Of a DNA stretch of 48,064 nucleotides, positions 24,996 to 36,069 are shown in pieces. The number at the start of each line of letters is the position of its first letter. The first letter of the stretch is position 1. The position numbers and the translations under genes were made by a program. The notes beneath the pieces are model-generated. The model saw only the letters and a program-made list of their open reading frames with translations. It did not search any database and was not told where the DNA came from. The stretch comes from Octopus bimaculoides. Its lineage: Eukaryota. The stretch is taken from positions 18,094,380-18,142,443 of the forward strand of contig NC_069001.1 in assembly GCF_001194135.2 (NCBI RefSeq), in the 5' to 3' direction.

Positions 24996-25597
24996 TGGAT
25001 GCACATTGCATATCCATATGTTTGTGTGTGTGTGCTTATGGTGAGTGTATTTGTGTGTGTACCTCTGTCTCCTTGTGTGTGCGTGTTTGAGTATGTCTAT
25101 GTGTATGGGTTTGTGTGACTATGTACGTGCGTCTGTTATGTATGGATGTGTGTCTCCATATGTATCCTTGTGTGTGTGTGTGTGGAGTGTGCACGTTTGT
25201 ATATGGTCATGTGTTTCCATCTCCTTTCACGCGTGTGTGTGTTTGGCTGTCCATATTACCTACCTTGTGTGTGTGTGCACACCTGCCTGCCTACCTATAT
25301 ACACAATAGTCTTATTTCAGTTTCTGTCTACTAAATCCACTCACAAAGCTTTGGTTGGCCCAAGGCTATAGTAGAAGGCACTTGACCAAAGTGTCATGCA
25401 TGTAGTTGAGAAGCAAGCTTTTTACCATACAGCCAAGCCTGTGCCTATGTGGAGACTGTCTGTGATCATCTTGGTCATATAACATGGGTTGGTGTCAACT
25501 AACTCCATTTTGTTGCTCTTAATCTCAGTTGGCCAGCCAGAGTGAGGATCAAAAAGTTTCCCAATTGAAATCTTGAAGATCACTTCTGGCACACAGG

Positions 25598-25864
25598 TTC
25601 CATAACAGCAGCCTCTCTATACACAGTGCATATCTGCTTGCAGGTTTCTGCTGCTTTCTTGATTTTTTTAAAAATAAAATATTATGAGGATTCAATGTTT
25701 GTTTTAGCTCTCCATTTTCAGAGAGATCCCAAACACACAAAATACAACCTGCCTTATCACAAATTCACACCAAACTATGTGAACATAGTGTCAAAGATCT
25801 AATGAGTGTGCAAGGGACAGACTGAAGTTAGCTACTTATTAGAGTGCTTGAAGTATGGTGTCAA
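25598..25864. repeat. ~270-bp direct repeat, copy 2
   Basis: See 23708-23976. Confidence 0.85.
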
Positions 25865-25891
25865 CAAAACCAAAATGACTTTTTGGTCAAC

Positions 25892-25941
<50 letters not shown>

Positions 25942-25998
25942 TCCACATATGTACATACAAGTACACACACACACACACACACACAAGGTGGGCTTCTA

Positions 25999-27264
25999 TT
26001 GGGTTGGCAACTAAGTTCCTGCCGTTTTTTTAAATTTTGGAATTTATTGCGTTTTTAAATTTTGAAATCTATTTTTTACGAGAATTCTATTTTTGAATCA
26101 TTTTGGAATCTATTTTGTTTTTTTCCTAGTTAATTTTAGTTTATTTTCAAATCNNNNNNNNNNNNNNNNNNNNNNNNNNNNNNNNNNNNNNNNNNNNNNN
26201 NNNNNNNNNNNNNNNNNNNNNNNNNNNNNNNNNNNNNNNNNNNNNNNNNNNNNNNNNNNNNNNNNNNNNNNNNNNNNNNNNNNNNNNNNNNNNNNNNNNN
26301 NNNNNNNNNNNNNNNNNNNNNNNNNNNNNNNNNNNNNNNNNNNNNNNNNNNNNNNNNNNNNNNNNNNNNNNNNNNNNNNNNNNNNNNNNNNNNNNNNNNN
26401 NNNNNNNNNNNNNNNNNNNNNNNNNNNNNNNNNNNNNNNNNNNNNNNNNNNNNNNNNNNNNNNNNNNNNNNNNNNNNNNNNNNNNNCCCACACTGCTATT
26501 GAGAAGCATCTTCACTCGATGGGAAAGATTCAGAGGTATGGAGCATGGGTTCCACATGCTTTAAGTAACAACAACAAAAATCAACAAGCCACAATCTCCG
26601 CTGGTTTGCTTGCTTGTCACTGCCCAACGATTTCTTTACCGAATTGTTACTGGCGACGAAAAATGGTGCCTGTACATCATATGAAGCAGTGTAAGGAATG
26701 GCTTAGCCCTGGTGAACAAGCAACACTGCACGTGAAACAAGATCTTCATCCACGTAAAACGATGTTGTGCATACGATGGGACTGGGAAAGTATTATCCAT
26801 TACGAATTGCTTGAACGGAACCAAACGGTCAACGGGGAGCTCTATGTTCAACAGATGGAATGACTCAACATGGCTATTCAAAAGAAAAGACCTAATCAGC
26901 AGCATGGAGTTCTACTGCTGCACGACAACGCCCGCCCTCATATCGCCAATATGACCAAGGAAGCCATTCAAACACATGGCTGGGAAGTGCAGCCACACCC
27001 GCTGTACTCCTCTGATTTGGCACCAATGGATTTCCACCTCTTTCGATCTCTTTCAAATGCTATGCGTGGAGTTTCATTCAATACTGATGCAGAATTGAGA
27101 GCTTGGTTGGATCAATTTTTCGAGTCGAAATCAGGTGATTTCTACCAACGAGGTATTGAAAATCTTGTTGAACGTTGAGAAGAAGTTGTAAACAACAACG
27201 GTGAATATATTATTGATTAATTAGTTGTTATTTTTTAAAGGCAGGAACTTAGTTGCCAACCCAA
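25999..27264 (+). mobile_element. Mariner family B (DD34D), with perfect 25-bp TIRs and a gap inside
   Basis: TA|ttgggttggcaactaagttcctgcc ... ggcaggaacttagttgccaacccaa|TA; remnants WVPH, (T)GDEKW, HDNARPH, YSSDLAPMDFHLF, with stops and frameshifts. Confidence 0.95.
26154..26486. other. Assembly gap inside mariner B
   Basis: N run. Confidence 1.
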
Positions 27265-27331
27265 TAGAATCACTCGATTGTGAAAAGAACTCCTTAACTG
27301 CAAGACTTTACCTACATCTATACTCATTTAA

Positions 27332-27540
27332 CCCTTTGGCATTTAAACTGACCATATCTGATCAAATATTTTACTTTTTGTTAAAACTATCAAGGTCTGG
27401 TCTCTCATACCTACCCTACAATGTCATTCTAAAAATATACAATTACATCATTGAAATCTTGAAGCTACAAGACTGCATGATTAATTCAAAACTGAATAAA
27501 TAAGCATTACATTTGACAAAGAAATCTGAATGCTAAAGGG
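27332..27540. mobile_element. piggyBac-type MITE, copy 2 (209 bp)
   Basis: TTAA|ccctttggcatt ... aatgctaaaggg|TTAA. Confidence 0.88.
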
Positions 27541-27572
27541 TTAAAAAAGAAAAGGACTCCAAATTTCCTTAC

Positions 27573-27717
27573 TTGATAGCAGTTCCTTTCATTCCTCCTT
27601 TAGTTGGGACCATTACTCGACTGACCAACGCTTCTCTCAACTCTCCTTTGTCCAAAGAAAGAAGGGCAGCTGACATGTTTACAGGGCCTTCTGAAGAAGC
27701 AGAGAGCTTACATCCAC
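27573..27717 (-). CDS. MYO6: Myosin VI exon (145 nt): GCKLSASSEGPVNMSAALLSLDKGELREALVSRVMVPTKGGMKGTAI(K)
   Basis: aattag|GT...AA|gtaagg; cardiomyopathy loop with TEDS-site Thr. Confidence 0.95.
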
Positions 27718-28596
27718 CTAATTGAAATAACAGAATGGTAAAAATATTAACTGTTGCCATAACTAAATAACAAAAGAGATTTCATAAACATTATTGTTTG
27801 ACCTGAAATTAAATGAGCATAATTAAGTCACATAATTACAATGGAATACTGGGATAGTATTGTGATAATTAACAATATATATATAATTGCTCCCCAATAT
27901 CTGACTGGTATTTATTTTATCAACCTCTCTGGGAGGATGAAATGTGAAGTCAACTTTGGCATGATTGGAAATTTAAGATCAAATTACCTGTTCCTCCTTC
28001 AAGAGTTCAATAAACTACCAGTTAGGTACTGGTTCAGTAAAAAAACAACAAAAAAACAAAAATAAAAAAACCAAACAAATTCCATGTCCCCACCCATCAA
28101 AATTTGTGGTCTTGTAACAATGTTAGAAATTCCTATTCAGATTAAATCTCACCAAATTTAATTTTTGCTTTTCACCCTTCCAGGGTCAATAAAATAAGTA
28201 ACAGTTATGAACTGGGATGTTCTCACCCACTCAATCTGTGGCTTTCTATCATTGAGAAACAAAAAAAAAAAGAAGAAAAATATTCATTATTAAGGGTGGT
28301 GAGTTGGTAGAATCACTAGAGCATGAAATACTTCCTGGAATTTTGTTCCAGCTCTTTATGTTCTGAGTTCAAATCCTGCTGAGATTTGCCTTTCATTCTT
28401 CTGGATACATAAAATAATGTACCAGTTAAGTACTGGAGTTGATAATCCTTTCTACTAAAGGCACAAGGCCTGAAATTTGGGTGGGGGGAAAACTAGTTGA
28501 TTACATTAACCCCCAGTGTTTCACTGGTATTTAATTTATCAACTCTGAAAGGATGAAAGGTGGAATTTGAACATAATAATAATAATAATAATAATC

Positions 28597-28985
28597 ATGG
28601 ACTGTTCTGTAGAGCTTCTACATAAAGTTTGTCTCTTAGGAACAAGAAAGATTATCAAAAGAGTTTTGAGCATTTAAGAGATTATTGAAAGCTTGTGGAT
28701 ATCTAAGGTTACATGTTGTAAGCCGTTACCCACATAAACTCTACTAAGAATAAGAGCAAGCCTGAGTCAAATCCAATAATAATCAGGAAGAGAAGATGAT
28801 GACTTAGCATTGGAAGTGAAGCACATCCAGAGAAGCTCAAAAGTGAGTGTGATATCTATCGCAATTGGTGCACTTGGGACTGTCTAAAAGAAAGCAATGT
28901 TCCGGCACGAAAAGCTGAAAATAACTTCCAATAAAGTTATAGGAAGTACAAAGTTGGCAGCAATACTTAGAATAGTGTGTTTCTT
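28597..28985 (+). mobile_element. Two tandem 5'-truncated RLE-type (R4/Dong/NeSL-like) non-LTR retrotransposon ends
   Basis: ELLHKVCLLGTRKIIKRVLSI* (stop 28675-28677) plus a 3' UTR ending aataataat; then DLALEVK...VISIAIGALGTV...AILRIV; preceded by (TAA)n. Confidence 0.7.
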
Positions 28986-29199
28986 TTTTCTGTCAGCAAA
29001 GAACACATCTCTTTAACAACAGTGATCAGACATTTACATTTGAATCTGCCAAACATATTAAGAGTAAACAGATACATTACTGGTTGGTCTTCCTTTGAAC
29101 TCAAAATGTAGAAAACAAGAAGAAATGTCACTAATCATTTTGTTTGATGTGCTAAGGATTCTATTGGCTCACTGTCTTAATAATAATAATAATAATAAT

Positions 29200-29610
29200 A
29201 GTTTTGTCTTGGTATAAAAGATGGGATACAGTAAATATACTGCTCAATATTACAGATTTGCTTGTCCGTTGTTTCACCATAACCAGTTGAGCATGTCCCT
29301 TGGTGGCTGACGATATGTGCATCTCTGATCATGAGCAGAAGTAGTGGGGGAGCATCATAACGATGTGTTGAGAGAAATTCTTTGGGTTTAAATAATTCAC
29401 CTTTGGAAACATGGGTGTTTTGTTCATCATCCTTAAACAAACCTTATTCAGGGACCTATTGAGCAGGATGGGCTACTCAACCTGAAGAAAATTACAACCA
29501 GGTCCCACCTGCAAAGTCATGTGCTGTTTATATCAATATGAGATCACCATATTGTGGACATATGATTGTGATGCATGTGCCTGGTGTACTCTTATAAGAC
29601 AGGTAGTCAA
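29200..29610 (-). repeat. Probable retroposon (SINE/LINE-tail-like) next to a (TAA)n tract
   Basis: GC-richer 400-bp block abutting taataataa; family unassigned; one copy in the window. Confidence 0.45.
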
Positions 29611-30810
29611 TTGAGCTTCATGTATTTGTATCCCAGTGTCAAAGAGAAAAAGAATTAATAAAAAGTTAATATAAAAAATAACTAACAGTACCTGTGGAAA
29701 TTCCACAGTTATTTTGAAAATTGTGTGATGAAGTTATATATTTTTCTGAAATATTTGATTCTTGTGAAAATCCACATAAGTAGTATTGAAAGTGCAATCT
29801 ATCTATCTACCTACTTATCTATACATCATAGTCTACTGATTTTTATGTTGATGTATGAATCTGTCTACTTTAACAATATGGACAAACATTAAAACCAAAT
29901 AACTACAAAAAAAAAATACTAAATAATTGTGGTGCCCCAGCATGACCTCAGCTTTTGGGCTGCTACACACAAAAAAGTAGAAGTAACATCCACAGCTTTT
30001 TGCTAAGGTTATTTCACTTTGATTTAACTATGTATCCACATATCTAGTCATCTGTCCTTCTATCTATCTATGAACAACAACTAAAGTTTTATTTCTGCTG
30101 TCTGTCACAATATTCTATTATACTACTTTTAAAATCATGTCACTGCATTCCTTCCAGTCAACACTCTTTCTTTCTCTCTATTTGTCTCACTTCAACTATA
30201 CCACTTACCCCTCCACTTAACATGTTATTATATTTCTCTCTCTACTTTCTACCTCTTTCTTCAATTAACTAACCATACAACATGATAACAATACCTTTTC
30301 TCTTGACTATCAGCACTAACACTCTCTCTCTCTTTTTCATTTCTCTCTTGAACTAACCACTTGACAGCGTCTTAGTGTAATAACTATTACTTTCCCTCTA
30401 CCTTACATCATTAACACTTCTCTCTCTTTCTCCCTCACTCTTTTTCTCTTGCTCTTCACCTCTCCCTCAAGCTAATTTCATGACAGCATAACGCATTTGG
30501 CCTTAGTATACTAAAATATAGATAATTGTTTCAAATTTTTGCACAAAGCCAGAAATATTTTTTATGGGGTGGGGTTTGTCAATTGACACCAGTATTTGGC
30601 TGGTACTTGATTTTATTGAGCCCAGAAGGATTAAGGAGCTCCTGATTGACCATGAAAACCATCTGATAACAATAACTGGCTGATAATAACTTTATATAAA
30701 GAGGTAGGGACCCACTTAATTTGATGACAATAACCATCTGATAACAATAACTGATTGAAATATTTAAAAATCTAGTTTGGTAACTACTAAGGTTGATAAT
30801 AATAATTATC

Positions 30811-31009
30811 TGTTATAATTCTTAATATGTTGGATTATTATAACGCCCACTTTAGTATACAGCATACTTAGTAAAACTAGTAAAGACATGACAACCTCTG
30901 ACCACCTACTACGTACTCTGGTACTTCACATACTTCTCTTTACCTATAATGACTAGGTTATTCTATTCGCCATGTGAGAGGGGTGTACCATTATTATTAA
31001 TTCCCTACA
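30811..31009 (-). repeat. 3' LTR (199 bp)
   Basis: Aligns to 33451-33624 at 144/174 (hand count) plus a 25-bp indel. Confidence 0.9.
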
Positions 31010-33450
31010 TCTCCCCTTTTAAGTTTTTCATAGGAAGTGTCATTTTATTTAGCAATAATTTTTTTTATTCACCCCATCTCCCTTTTTGAGTTTTTTTCTC
31101 ATTTTTTCATACAATTTAATATTTTTTGTGCTTGGCATCTATTTTCAGGAGCTCTGTATGTTTTCTTTTCCTCTCACTTGTATGCCTGGATTCAGTGGCG
31201 TTGGTACTTGGAATGTATCGTACAACCATTCCATCAGTTACTCCAACTTCTTTGGTTCGCTTTCCATGAATCTCTTTTTCAATTGGCTCCTGTGTCTCTT
31301 TCGTATATGCCTTTTCTACTTTTTACCCAGTACATCATTTTACCTTTGCATTTGGTAATTACGCCATCTTCCCAACTCTGCTTTCCATTCTTGTATGTCC
31401 TCATAAACACTTTTTCACTAATCTTAAAGAATCTTGCTATGTCTTCCCTGGCACTTTGTCTTTTCTTGCCAGATAGCAATTTATCAAAGACCGATTTTAC
31501 TTTCCTTGCAAACATCAGCTCCTGCTGGTATATTCAGATTTGGTGTCACACGGTACACTCTTAAAAATGTGACTTCTTTACTTGATTTTCTAAGGGCTCT
31601 TTTGAAGATATTGACAAAGCGTTCTGCCTGTTCATCAGATCTGGAATAGTATGGCGCCGTAGTTATATGTTCTACCATGAACGTCTCACAATTTTTTTAA
31701 AAATTCACTACACACAAACTGCATTCCATTGTCAGACACTATCTTGTCTGGGATGCCAAATCTTGCAAACAATTCATCTAAAAAATTTATCACAGTTGAG
31801 GAGATTGGTTTTTCACAATTGCAAATTTCAAGCCATTTCAAAAAACTATCATCTACCATTAAATAGTAAGAACCATTTAAAGGACCAGTAAAATCGATGT
31901 GTAGTCTCAACCATGAAGCATCTACTTTGGAACAATGTTTACTTTTTATTGTGGGCAATTTTTCATTTCGTTTTACTGCAATTTTTGTTTCAGTCCCTCA
32001 GCTGCATTTGAACCTTCGACTAAACCGACTATATTTCCACTTAAAACACTTATGGGTATATTCCACAACTTGAATAGTTCCATATACTCTGTGCCAAATA
32101 AATTACATGAACTTTTTAATACATGTATCTTTGCCTTTTTTGTTTGACCTTGAAATGTTACATTACATGCGAATTCATCAAAAATATATAATCTTTTCCC
32201 CATAACACTATGTGCTACCTTTTTAGATTTAATTAATTTTGGCTTACCGACATATTTCCAAGTTTTTTCATTTATAATGGTGATATCACAAGTGTCCAAC
32301 TGCATTTTAACACTAGTATTTCTGATTTTCACCTACATGAATTTCCTCATCATTATATTACCAATTTCTTTCTTTGTTCTGACGTTTTGCCATCTTTGTT
32401 CTGCAGTATGTCTATATACATCCAGTATTACCACAATGAAAGTACTTTCATTGTGGTAATACTGGATGCATTTTAAAATGGACAATTTTTCCTCAGGTGT
32501 ATACCTCCACATGCAAAACATGGGTTTATTTCCTGATTTTTGTTGTGTTTTTTAGAAAATACTTTATCTCTATTCTGACTATTTCACACTTGCTTTACTT
32601 GGAAACAATCTTTACATTCAATTTCCTCCATGTCATGTCTTGATTTGTCTATCGTTTCACATTCTACTGACACCTGCCGTAGGGTTACATCCTGGTTTTG
32701 TTTCAGTTTTGCGAGAATTCTAGTTCTAACTTCTGGGTCTCTTTCGACAGCAAGTCTGTGTATAAAAATCAGGCATTTGAACATATCTGGTATTAATTCA
32801 TCTAGCTTAAACTTCTTGCATTCCCAGCATATGTGATGTAGTCCTCATTGTTGTTTTTTTCTATGTTCAGACATTTCCAACGTGTGTTGAACAATGAGCT
32901 TTTTTCACTGAAAATTTTACACAATATATCTATTGTGTCATTAAAGTTTATGTCCAAAGGTTTTCTTGGGAGTACATAATTACTGTATCATTCATGTTCT
33001 GTTGCCACTGGTTTTCTCAAGATTAAGTGTGCTTTCATCTCGTCGTCTCAATCTTTACATTCCTTCTCGAAGATTTGCTCATGCCTTCTGTAGTATGTTT
33101 TTAAGGTAACTCCTTCGTCAGATTTGTAATTGAACTGTTATGGAGTTTGTGACATAGTCTGTCAAGAACACTTTTTCTGACTTTCCTGACAACTTCAGTA
33201 ATTGCAGCATTTGTTGCTGTAATATTATTTGTTGTTGTTGTTGCTGCTTCAGCTGTTGTTCTTGCAGTCGTAGCTGCTGCTGCTGTTGTTTGCAACTCGA
33301 GCAAACCAGACAACAAATTTTCCATAATTTTACGATTTTATTTTGTAAAATTCGCACAACAAAACTTTGTAAGTTTATGAACTCTTTGAGTTTCTATTAA
33401 CTCCACATGAATTGGTTTATCCTCATCAAGTTTATTAATTCCTCGTGAGT

Positions 33451-33624
33451 TGTTTAAATCCTTAATATGTTGGATTGTAATAATGTTCACTTTGGTGTAG
33501 ACATGACTATCTCCGACTGCCTACTACGTACTCTGGTACTTCACGTACTTCTCTTTACTTCTAGCGACAAGGTTATTCCATTTGTCACATGGGAGGTGTG
33601 TACGATTATTACTAATTCCCTACA
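33451..33624 (-). repeat. 5' LTR (174 bp)
   Basis: Starts TGTAGGGAATT on the minus strand; followed by a degenerate PBS-like actcacgagga. Confidence 0.9.
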
Positions 33625-34111
33625 ACATTATCTGATAACATTAACTGATTATAATAAGCAACATTTACTGACTGTATTTTAAAGCAGACATTAAAAACAT
33701 AAAAGCTATTAAATTCCATCAAATGTTACTTTTCTTTAAATTTACAGGTCTTTTGCTTTCTCATTTTTAAAATGGATGGCAAAGGTTTGCTTTTGAGATG
33801 TTGTTATGTTAATGGACCCATAAAATAGGAGCAGAAATATAAATAGTACAGCAACAGGTGAAAAAGGCTTACACTGAAAATGAAGACAAACAGACAGATA
33901 AGGATTGTTACAAAGTTATGAATAAAGGTTTAAAACATTGGAAGGTGGAGCCGTAATGAATTCATTGATCAACATTTACAGAGGAGAGGGAAAAGGAAAG
34001 GGACAAAAGATACATATAAAAGGTGGGAAAGGGAGAGAAACTGACAAGAGTAATACAGTGAGAGAGGGGGAGAGGGAGGGAAAGGAAGAAAGCATAGATA
34101 GAACTAGAGCA

Positions 34112-34143
<32 letters not shown>

Positions 34144-34997
34144 CAATGATGTAAGTGTGAGAGAGCGAAGAGCTGAAATAGGGAAATACACACACACACA
34201 CATATATATATACCTCTTTACAGGTCAAATACTCTAAGTGCCAACCATATATTTGTTCTGACCTGGTGGCCAATGTACTTCTGATTTCTTATAAGGAAGC
34301 AAAGCAATCCTTATAATTTTTTCTGAACAGGGTTCTGAAGAGAGCTAAGATGTTACAAAAACATCTATAAAAGGCATTTTAAACTGACTTTGGTTGTTTT
34401 TAACACTTTCTGCTTAAAGCAAGAACTTTTCTTCATGGCAAGCTGCAGTGAAAAAGGCCTTTTTACAGATCAAACATATTTGAACTGATCTAAAGTTCGC
34501 TCATTTTACATCACTGCTTTGAGTGTCAAACATGTTTTGTTCACACTCTCAGTCATATTAATCTTGAGAGAATGGAAACAATGAGAGAACTCGTTAATCT
34601 TGCCAAATGTATGACAACCTCTCTAAGGCTAATGCCATGGATAAAAAAGCACTTCCTTTCCCACTTCCTATACTCTCTAAAGTGGTTGGTGCAAGGGAGG
34701 GCATCTAGGTACAGAAATCATACCAAAAATGGAATGTATGACTAAGACATGGTCCTCTAAGCTATCTATAAGAACAATAGTTCTGAACAATAAGAACTTA
34801 CATGCACCATGGAAACCCATCTAACCCATGCCAGATTGGAAAGCAGACATAAAATACTGATCATGATGAACATAAATGTATATGTATACCACTTTTCTCT
34901 TGCTTTTCCAACTGGAGTAGCCATATCTGTCTTCTACAGCAAGACACCTGATCCTGTCTATCATACTTTTACCTATGAACACCTAGTATAAAGCTTA

Positions 34998-35146
34998 CAG
35001 CTGTTTCTGCTATAAGATGCAGTGTACTCATAACTAAGTACCAAAGTAATACTATAGCTTCATCAGAGCATCAAATACGAAGTGCTACAAGATGTTATTT
35101 AGGCACACAATTATGAGTCCACTGCATCTTATAGCAGAAACAGCTG
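34998..35146. mobile_element. 149-bp TA-flanked MITE with 36-bp near-perfect TIRs (Tc1/mariner/pogo-like CAG termini)
   Basis: ctTA|cagctgtttctgctataagatgcagtg(t/g)actcataa ... |TAag; 39/40 arm identity including the flanks. Confidence 0.85.
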
Positions 35147-35897
35147 TAAGATAATGAAGTTCATAAAATGATAGTTTATTCCTTTGTCATTTTATTTTCC
35201 TATTACAGCTCTGTACTCAACTAATGCTTTGTTTTGAAGCATATGTATATTGAGTAGTATACCAGGTTATTAGTCTTGCAATGCCTAAGCTATATATACG
35301 CATGCACACACACACATAGGGAAAGATGGGAAGCAGGAGTGGGTGGAGAGAGAGAGAGAGAATGATTTGAGGAAATTGTAGAGCTAGCTTTAAGCAACGC
35401 TGAGCAAACAGTAAGAAATAAGGAAAAGTTTATCGAAATTAAAGAACAAAGGAAAGTGGTTAAAGAAATAAACAAAAAAAAAAACAGAAAAAATTAAAAT
35501 AAATTATTAAAAATTAAAAACAAATACTAACTAAATATAAAAAAAAATCAAAAGGAAAAACAAAAATAAAAAGAACTTTTTTCCCTGACCCCCAAAAATA
35601 AAAAAAAAGATTAAATCCATAACAAGCAGCAGCTCTATGGAAGGATATGGAATCAGGTAGGAGTAGCAGCAGCAGGAGTAGTAGTAGTAGTAGGAGCAAC
35701 ACAGCAGTTGTAGTGGCAGCAGCAGTAGTAGTAGTAGTAGCAGCAGCGAGAAACAACATTCAGGAAGGCAGGCTGTTCTACATGGTAGTCAGCATATATG
35801 ACAACGATGACAGCAGGAGGATGATGGAGCATATGAAAGACACAGGGAAGAAGACGACACAGAAACACACACAATTAAATGTCAGGATTATTACCAC

Positions 35898-36069
35898 CTT
35901 TGCTGTCGTCGTGATTCTCTTCAAAATCTATGTTGCCAAGATGTAAAACTGCTGCTATCAAACCAAAAATAGACATCTTTTCACCATCTCCGATTCCCAT
36001 TTTGGCCATGGCATCTGCAGTAAGTTTGAAGTCCTTGACGTCGTCAAGAAGTGGATCATAAACACAGCC
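35898..36069 (-). CDS. MYO6: Myosin VI exon (172 nt; 175 nt if the donor at 35895 is used): GCVYDPLLDDVKDFKLTADAMAKMGIGDGEKMSIFGLIAAVLHLGNIDFEENHDDSK(G)
   Basis: ttttag|GGC; LHLGNI motif; donor ambiguous (G|gtggta or GGTG|gtaata); not in the ORF track. Confidence 0.92.

Larger units (their letters stand above)
30811..33624 (-). mobile_element. Ty3/gypsy (Mag-like) LTR retrotransposon with gag, protease and integrase but no RT/RNase H; decayed
   Basis: TG...CA LTR pair. PPT aaaaggggaga abuts the 3' LTR. Poly-Q gag from ATG at 33325. Protease LDT(GS)DITII. Integrase RLHIDFTGP...SDNG...SDEQAERFV. No YxDD region. Confidence 0.9.

Noticed and set aside
24921-25371. Cluster of Cys/Val-rich ORFs
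   Set aside because: Translation of degenerate (TG)n simple repeats.
30655-30770. CRISPR-like repeat-spacer-repeat
   Set aside because: Eukaryotic intron, only 2-3 irregular units and no cas genes.
33101-33357. Poly-Q / poly-T-A ORFs as a host gene
   Set aside because: They are the frameshifted N-terminus of the LTR element's gag, just inside the 5' LTR.
35514-35946. Poly-Ser/Ala/Leu/Thr ORFs
   Set aside because: Translations of (AGC)/(AGT) trinucleotide runs in intron.
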